This document shows, one piece after another, positions 58,123-64,000 of a DNA stretch of 64,000 nt. The notes beneath the pieces were generated by a model. The model saw only the letters and a list, made by a program, of their open reading frames with translations, did not search any database and had not been told where the DNA came from. Every line of letters begins with the position of its first letter. The first letter of the stretch is position 1. This stretch comes from Neoechinorhynchus agilis. Lineage: Eukaryota > Animalia > Acanthocephala. The stretch covers positions 4,070,784 through 4,134,783 of the forward strand of contig CM121341.1 in assembly GCA_051530055.1 (NCBI GenBank), in the 5' to 3' direction. The position numbers were made by a program, and so were the translations under genes.

Positions 58123-58876
58123 CCTATTTACCAACACAAAAAACCTTATCGTTGATTTTAAATTTTTTGAACATTTTAACTTATTTCATCATTATGCTCT
58201 ATTGCCAATATTGAAGGTAGCCAAAATATCTATAAATCGCAATAATCTGTCTAATAGAACAGAAATCGAAAAAGCTTTTGCCGTGTTATAAATTTAGGTT
58301 TGTTCATTGGGTGTTGTTCGTACTTTATGGGTTTTTCCACTTTTCCGACTGTCCAGACGAATCGCTAATATTGGGACGTTTAAAAAAAGAGCTAATTTTA
58401 ATATCACATCCCGCTTTTTAATCGAGCAACCGTTTTTACGAATCTTTTATCTAAAATTATTCCAGAATGATGACCACAACCTTTCGAATTCCATCGACCT
58501 ATTTACCAACACAAAAACCTTAATTTATCGTTGATTTTGAATTTTTTTGAACATTTTAACTTATTTCATCATTATGCTCTATTGCCAATATTGAAGGTAG
58601 CCAAAACATCTATAAATCGCAATAATCTGTCTAATAGAACAGAAATCGGAGATGCTTTTGCAGTGTTATAAATTTAGGTTTGTTCATTGGGTGTTGTTCG
58701 TACTTTATGGGTTTTTCCACTTTTCCGACTGTCCGGACGAATCGCTAATATTGGGACGTTTAAAAAAAGAGCTAATTTTAATATCACATCCCGCTTTTTA
58801 ATCGAGCAACCGTTTTTACGAATCTTTTATCTAAAATTATTCCAGAATGATGACCACAACCTTTCGAATTCCATCG
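58123..58876. repeat. Tandem duplication (~375-380 bp x2) of the EPRS promoter and first codons
   Basis: 58123-58497 is nearly identical to 58498-58876. Both copies contain ATGATGACCACAACCTTTCGAATTCCATCG. Confidence 0.9.
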
Positions 58877-61800
58877 GCGATTATACTTGTTAACCCGGTT
58901 CTCGATGATCGAGTTTCCACCTGTCTAAAACAACTAAATCTCTCAACAACAATCGAATTGTGTACGGATGAAACTATTATGAATTGTCAAGCAAGACTCG
59001 TCTACAGCTCCGACGAGCCTCCAACTGTATTAAAAAGCCCAAGTGCAATCTGCCGATTACTATGTTCTACGTGCAATAGTTCGTTGTATAGATCCTTCGA
59101 AGATTGCCAATCAGTGGACAGTTGGCTGGCACTTTGCGAATGGACTTGCGCCGAAGATAGAGCTCGGCGTCTTCGTGCATTTATAAAACTACTGAAAGGA
59201 ATAATCGAAGAAAACGAGTACGTTTGTGGATCAAATCCCACTCTAGCTGACATATTCGTTCATTCAATGTTGTCCAAACAACCAACTGAATTATTGAGCG
59301 ACAAAGTGACACAATACATGGACGATTTGAATGGTATGTTCAAAGAAAAGAAGACTCCTAATCCTTCGATTTCAATAAAACCGGACCATGGTCGGTTCTT
59401 AGAGTTACCTAATGCTGAGATGGGTAAAGTGGTAGTCCGTTTCCCACCTGAAGCAAGTGGATATCTTCACGTAGGTCACGTAAAAGCAGCGCTTTTGAAT
59501 CAATTCTACAAAGAGAAATACGACGGTCGGTTGATTTTGCGGTTTGATGACACTAACCCAGAAAAAGAAACAAGTGAATTCGAAAACGCTATTCTCGATG
59601 ATTGTAAAAATCTTCTTCAACTTCGTGTAAGTCAATGGATCTAAAACGGCGCTGGGCTTTAATATAAGATCCATTGATGTAGACCAATCCACTCGAACGT
59701 CGGATCATTTCGAGCGATTGATATCAGCATGTACCAATCTGATAACCGCCGGAAAAGCCTACTGCGATGACACTGAATCTGGAGAGATGAAACGTCAACG
59801 AGAGCAGAAAACAAAATCACGGTGCAGGGACACGAGTGTAGAAACGAATCTCGCTATTTGGTCACGAATGCAGCAAGGCAAAGCTCCGACTTATTGTGTC
59901 CGGGCTAAAATCGACTATGAATCGCCGAATGGATGTATGCGAGATCCAACTATTTTTAGATGTAAAAACGAACCTCATGTTATATGGAAAGAAAGATTTA
60001 AAGTGTATCCTACGTACGATTTTGCATGTCCTCTTGTAGATAGTTGGGAAGGAGTGACTCATGCTTTAAGGACAACCGAATATCACGACCGAGATGAGCA
60101 ATACGATTGGGTTTTAGAATCTCTTAAGCAACGTAAAGTTCATATATGTGAGTTTAGTCGCCTGAATCTACAATCTACGGTACTTTCAAAGCGAAAGCTC
60201 GCATGGTTTGTGAGTTCAAACAAAGTCACAGGTTGGAATGATCCACGAATGCCTACTTTACGTGGAGTGTTTCGCCGTGGAATGACTCTGGATGGCCTGC
60301 GAGCTTTTATAGAAAGTCAAGGGTCTTCTAAATCAAACGTAAATATGGAATGGGACAAGGTATGGGCGATGAATACACGAGTGATTGATCCTCACGCTAA
60401 AAGGTACACTGCACTTCTCGCAAGACACGTAGTCAAAGCTTGTGTTCGAAATGTTAGCTCGGTCGCGAAACGAACAGTTCAACTCCATCCCAAGGACGCG
60501 AGCGTTGGTACAAAGCAGATTTACACTGGACCAAATATCCTTCTAGACGGGGACGACGTGATGGAGCTGAGTTGTGGAGATCGTGTGACCTTGATCGGAT
60601 GGGGGAATATGCGAGTGAACTCTATTGTGAGACACGATGACCGAGTTGATTGTCTTATTCTGGATGCTGAGTTAGAGAATACGGATTTTAAGAAAACTAA
60701 AAAAATCAACTGGCTCTGTATGGCTTCTATGCTGCGATCAACTGCAATCCCCGTTGTTTGTGTTTATTTTGATCATCTAATATCAAAACCGAAACTAGCA
60801 CCCGATGATGATTTTAAAGAGTATGCTAAACATAAAACAAGGTTTGAGTTTTCAATGACCGGAGAACTTGCGATGAAGAATATCGAGAAAGGAGAAATCA
60901 TACAGTTGCAAAGGCGAGGATATTTCATCTGTGAACAACCGTACATGCAAGCGACGGCTGCAAGTGGACTCAAATCTCCTTGTGTACTTTACAATATCCC
61001 GGACGGCACCACAAAGGAGTCTCCCACAAGTCTAATGACCGTGAGAAAGAAGTTCTCTCGTCAGTCAAGTCATAATCCACTCTCGTCGACGTGTATTCAT
61101 ATGGCACTTAAAGAAGACGATAGTGTTCTGGGTTTATTGCGTGAAGACCCAAAACAGGCTAAAAAGAGTGTGTTCCATATTGATGATCTTGATAGATTGA
61201 TCAAGGAACAAGGGGATGCTGTGAGACGATTGAAATCAGAGAAGAAATCAAAGGAAGAGATTGATGTGGAAGTAAAGAAACTTTTGGACTTAAAAGCCCA
61301 ATATAAAGAAGCTTTTAAAAAGGATTGGCAACCCGCTCAAAATTCTAAGAAAAAGTCCGGAGAAAAGTCGGCGGTGACCAGGCAATCAGTAACAAGCTCG
61401 TGTCAATCCGCGGATGATCTTGACAAGTCTATAAAGGAGCAGGGTGATCTAGTGAGACACCTGAAATCAGAAAAGAAATCAAAGGAGGAGGTCGATGTGG
61501 AGGTAAGAAAACTTTTGGAATTAAAAGCTCAATACAAAGGGGTTTGCGGCAAAGACTGGCAACCTTCTCAAAGTCCGAAAAAAATAAAATCAGATGATAA
61601 GGCGGCTTCAGCAAAAAGCGACGTGCAATTAACTGATGATCTTGATAAATCCATTAAGGAACAAGGCGATACTGTTAGAAAACTGAAATCGGAGAAGAAA
61701 CCCAAGATTGAGATCGATCCGCAAGTTAAAAAATTGCTCGAGCTGAAAGCAAATTACAAAGAAATGACTGGAAAAGATTGGCAACCGTCGCATAATATCC

Positions 61801-63839
61801 AAAAAGACAACAAACCGGGGAGTCCACAAAGTTCGTTATTAGAGAAGGACAGCAGGAATACGGTTCTCGATATGGCTGTTTTGGATAAATCCATTAAAAC
61901 TCAGGGGGATGCTGTGAGAAAACTCAAGGTAGAAAAGAAACCTAAAGATGAAATCAAGATCGAAGTACAGAAACTACTTGATCTAAAAGCTCAATATAGA
62001 GCAGTGACCGGAAAGGATTGGGAGCCAAACGAAGGTGATTTACAGACCAAATCCGACGCTGATTCGTCAAATAAAAAAACAGATACTGTTTCTAATGGAA
62101 ATGCGGATGAACTAAATAAGTGCATAAAGGAGCAAGGGGATATTGTCAGGATGCTCAAAGCAGAGAAAAAACAAAAAGGACTGATTGATCAAGAGGTTCA
62201 AAAACTCCTTGAGTTAAAAGCAAAATTTAAAAATGTCTCAGGTAAGGATTGTCAATGCGTAGTGAATCCAAAGAGCACTAAAATTGAACAGAATCGTTTG
62301 AAAAGCGCACCGAAACCGGACTCGAAGAAGCAGACGAGATTGTGTATTGAAGCCAAAAAGGAAGAAGATCTAAGTTCGTGGTATTCTGAAGTATTGACCA
62401 AAGCAGAAATGATTGAGTATTATGACGTTAGTGGATGTTACATTATGCGACCTTGGTCCTTCAGTATATGGGAGAAGATCCGCAACTATTTGGATGATCG
62501 ATTTAGAACTCTTGATGTTCAAAATGCTTATTTTCCTTTATTTGTATCCAAATCTGCTCTCCATAAAGAAGAAACTCATATTGAAGATTTCGCTCCAGAA
62601 GTCGCTTGGGTTACTCGCTCGGGTAGTTCTGATTTAGCAGAGGCGATTGCCGTTCGGCCTACAAGTGAAACGATAATGTATCCGGCATACGCTAACTGGA
62701 TAAAATCATACCGAGATCTTCCGTTAAAAATCAACCAATGGAATAACGTCGTTAGATGGGAATTCAAGCATCCAACTCCTTTTTTGAGAAGTAGAGAATT
62801 TCTGTGGCAAGAAGGGCATACTGCTTACTTGAACAAAGAAGATGCATGTGAGGAGACTAGACAAATTCTTGATTTTTATGCAGAAGTATATGAAAGTTTG
62901 TTAGCCGTTCCGGTGGTAAAAGGTCGTAAATCCAACAAGGAAAAGTTTGCAGGGGCGGAATATAGTTTGACAATTGAAGGATTTATACCAAGTAGTGGGC
63001 GAGGGATTCAAGCTGCCACTAGTCACCATCTTGGCCGGAACTTCTCTAAAATGTTTGATATAAAATGTGAGAATCCTGTCTCAGGTGAAATGGAGTTTGT
63101 CTATCAGAACTCATGGGGAATTACAACACGAACAATTGGGGTAATGGTTATGCTTCATGCCGACAATAAAGGATTAATTCTACCTCCAAGAATAGCATAT
63201 TATCAGGTTGTTGTGGTACCGTGTGGATTAAAAGCGTCCACTTCACAAGAAGATGAGAACCGTCTTTTGAGTTATTGCCGAGAGATCACTGAGACTTTAA
63301 GGAGTTCGAATGTCCGGGTTCATTTGGATAACCGAAGTCATGTGAGTCCTGGATGGAAGTTCAATCATTGGGAATTGATGGGCGTTCCACTCAGACTGGA
63401 AATCGGTTTTAGCGAGCTCCAAACAAACAAGGTGTGTGCCGTTCGAAGAGATTCTGGTGAGAAGTTCGATGTTCAAAGGAATGACGAATTCGCGAACTTA
63501 GTCAAGAATACTTTGGATCGTATTCATGACCAAATGCTGGCCAAGTGTCGGAATGAAAGAGAATCAAAGACTTTGACGGTTAACGTTTGGTCTGAATTTG
63601 TGGATGGACTTAAACGAAGGTGCGTTTTGTTAGCTCCGTTTTGTGGAAAGGACGAATGCGAGGTTAAAATTAAGGAAAGAAGTGCAGTTGATGCTGCTGA
63701 CGAAAGTGAACAAGGGCCTCAAATGGGGGCTAAGAGTCTATGTTTTCCCTTCGATGCTCCTGACATGAGTACACTGCCATGTATTAATTGTGGTACCAAG
63801 GACAATATCAAATGTTGTCTGTTTGGAAGAAGTTATTAA
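58847..63839 (+). CDS. EPRS1: Bifunctional glutamyl-prolyl-tRNA synthetase with five WHEP repeats (~1646 aa)
   Basis: GST-like N-terminus, [14 protein letters not shown] (HIGH), LSKRKL (KMSKS-like), five QGD.VR.LK..K......V..LL.LK..YK...G.DW.P repeats, and ProRS motifs [26 protein letters not shown]. Confidence 0.98.
59628..59681. other. TA-bounded inverted-repeat insert in EPRS (52 nt)
   Basis: GTA direct repeat with a perfect 11-bp stem tcaatggatct/agatccattga. Removal fixes the frameshift and gives [13 protein letters not shown]. Confidence 0.7.
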
Positions 63840-64000
63840 GGACAATAATGGTTTTAAAACACATAAATTGTGGTAGTTTTTGCTTATAGAAGACTGTATG
63901 ATCGTTTAAAATCCGCTTGACTCTTTTTGAGATTTCGCTGACAAACGAATGGAAAATAGTGATAAGCGAGCAATTAACAAGATTTACGCCCACCAAAAAT

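Noticed and set aside
59002-62767. Antisense and alternate-frame short ORFs over EPRS, HIRA and the kinases
   Set aside because: Shadow ORFs of real coding sequence.

Overview
Compact, AT-rich eukaryotic nuclear DNA, most likely from an animal (fused EPRS with WHEP repeats, 41-57 nt GT-AG introns). The species cannot be identified from the window. Two gene-dense flanks (1-18.3 kb: GOSR2/membrin, MBOAT acyltransferase, HIRA, MDH1, an LRR protein; 52-64 kb: SmG, two Mps1/TTK-like kinases, EPRS) surround a ~31 kb graveyard. The graveyard holds Penelope, CR1/L2, CRE, L1-like and Gypsy fragments, endogenised tymo-like and toti-like RNA virus pieces, captured host-gene fragments (MDH1, trehalase as a 192-bp hairpin) and three copies of a secreted-protein ORF. 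Main discovery: conserved housekeeping genes (GOSR2 x2, MBOAT x3, HIRA x2, EPRS, plus the MDH1 stop codon) are interrupted by 52-2914 bp inserts. These lack good GT-AG sites, are bounded by a direct repeat (usually TA), and carry terminal inverted repeats whose sequence differs between inserts. Removing each insert with one TA copy restores the reading frame and gives the expected homologous peptide without gaps. The large inserts contain satellite arrays. This suggests a structure-guided precise excision system, either ciliate-IES-like programmed DNA elimination or non-spliceosomal introns, operating alongside normal spliceosomal introns. All homologies were judged by eye from remembered family motifs; no searches were run.
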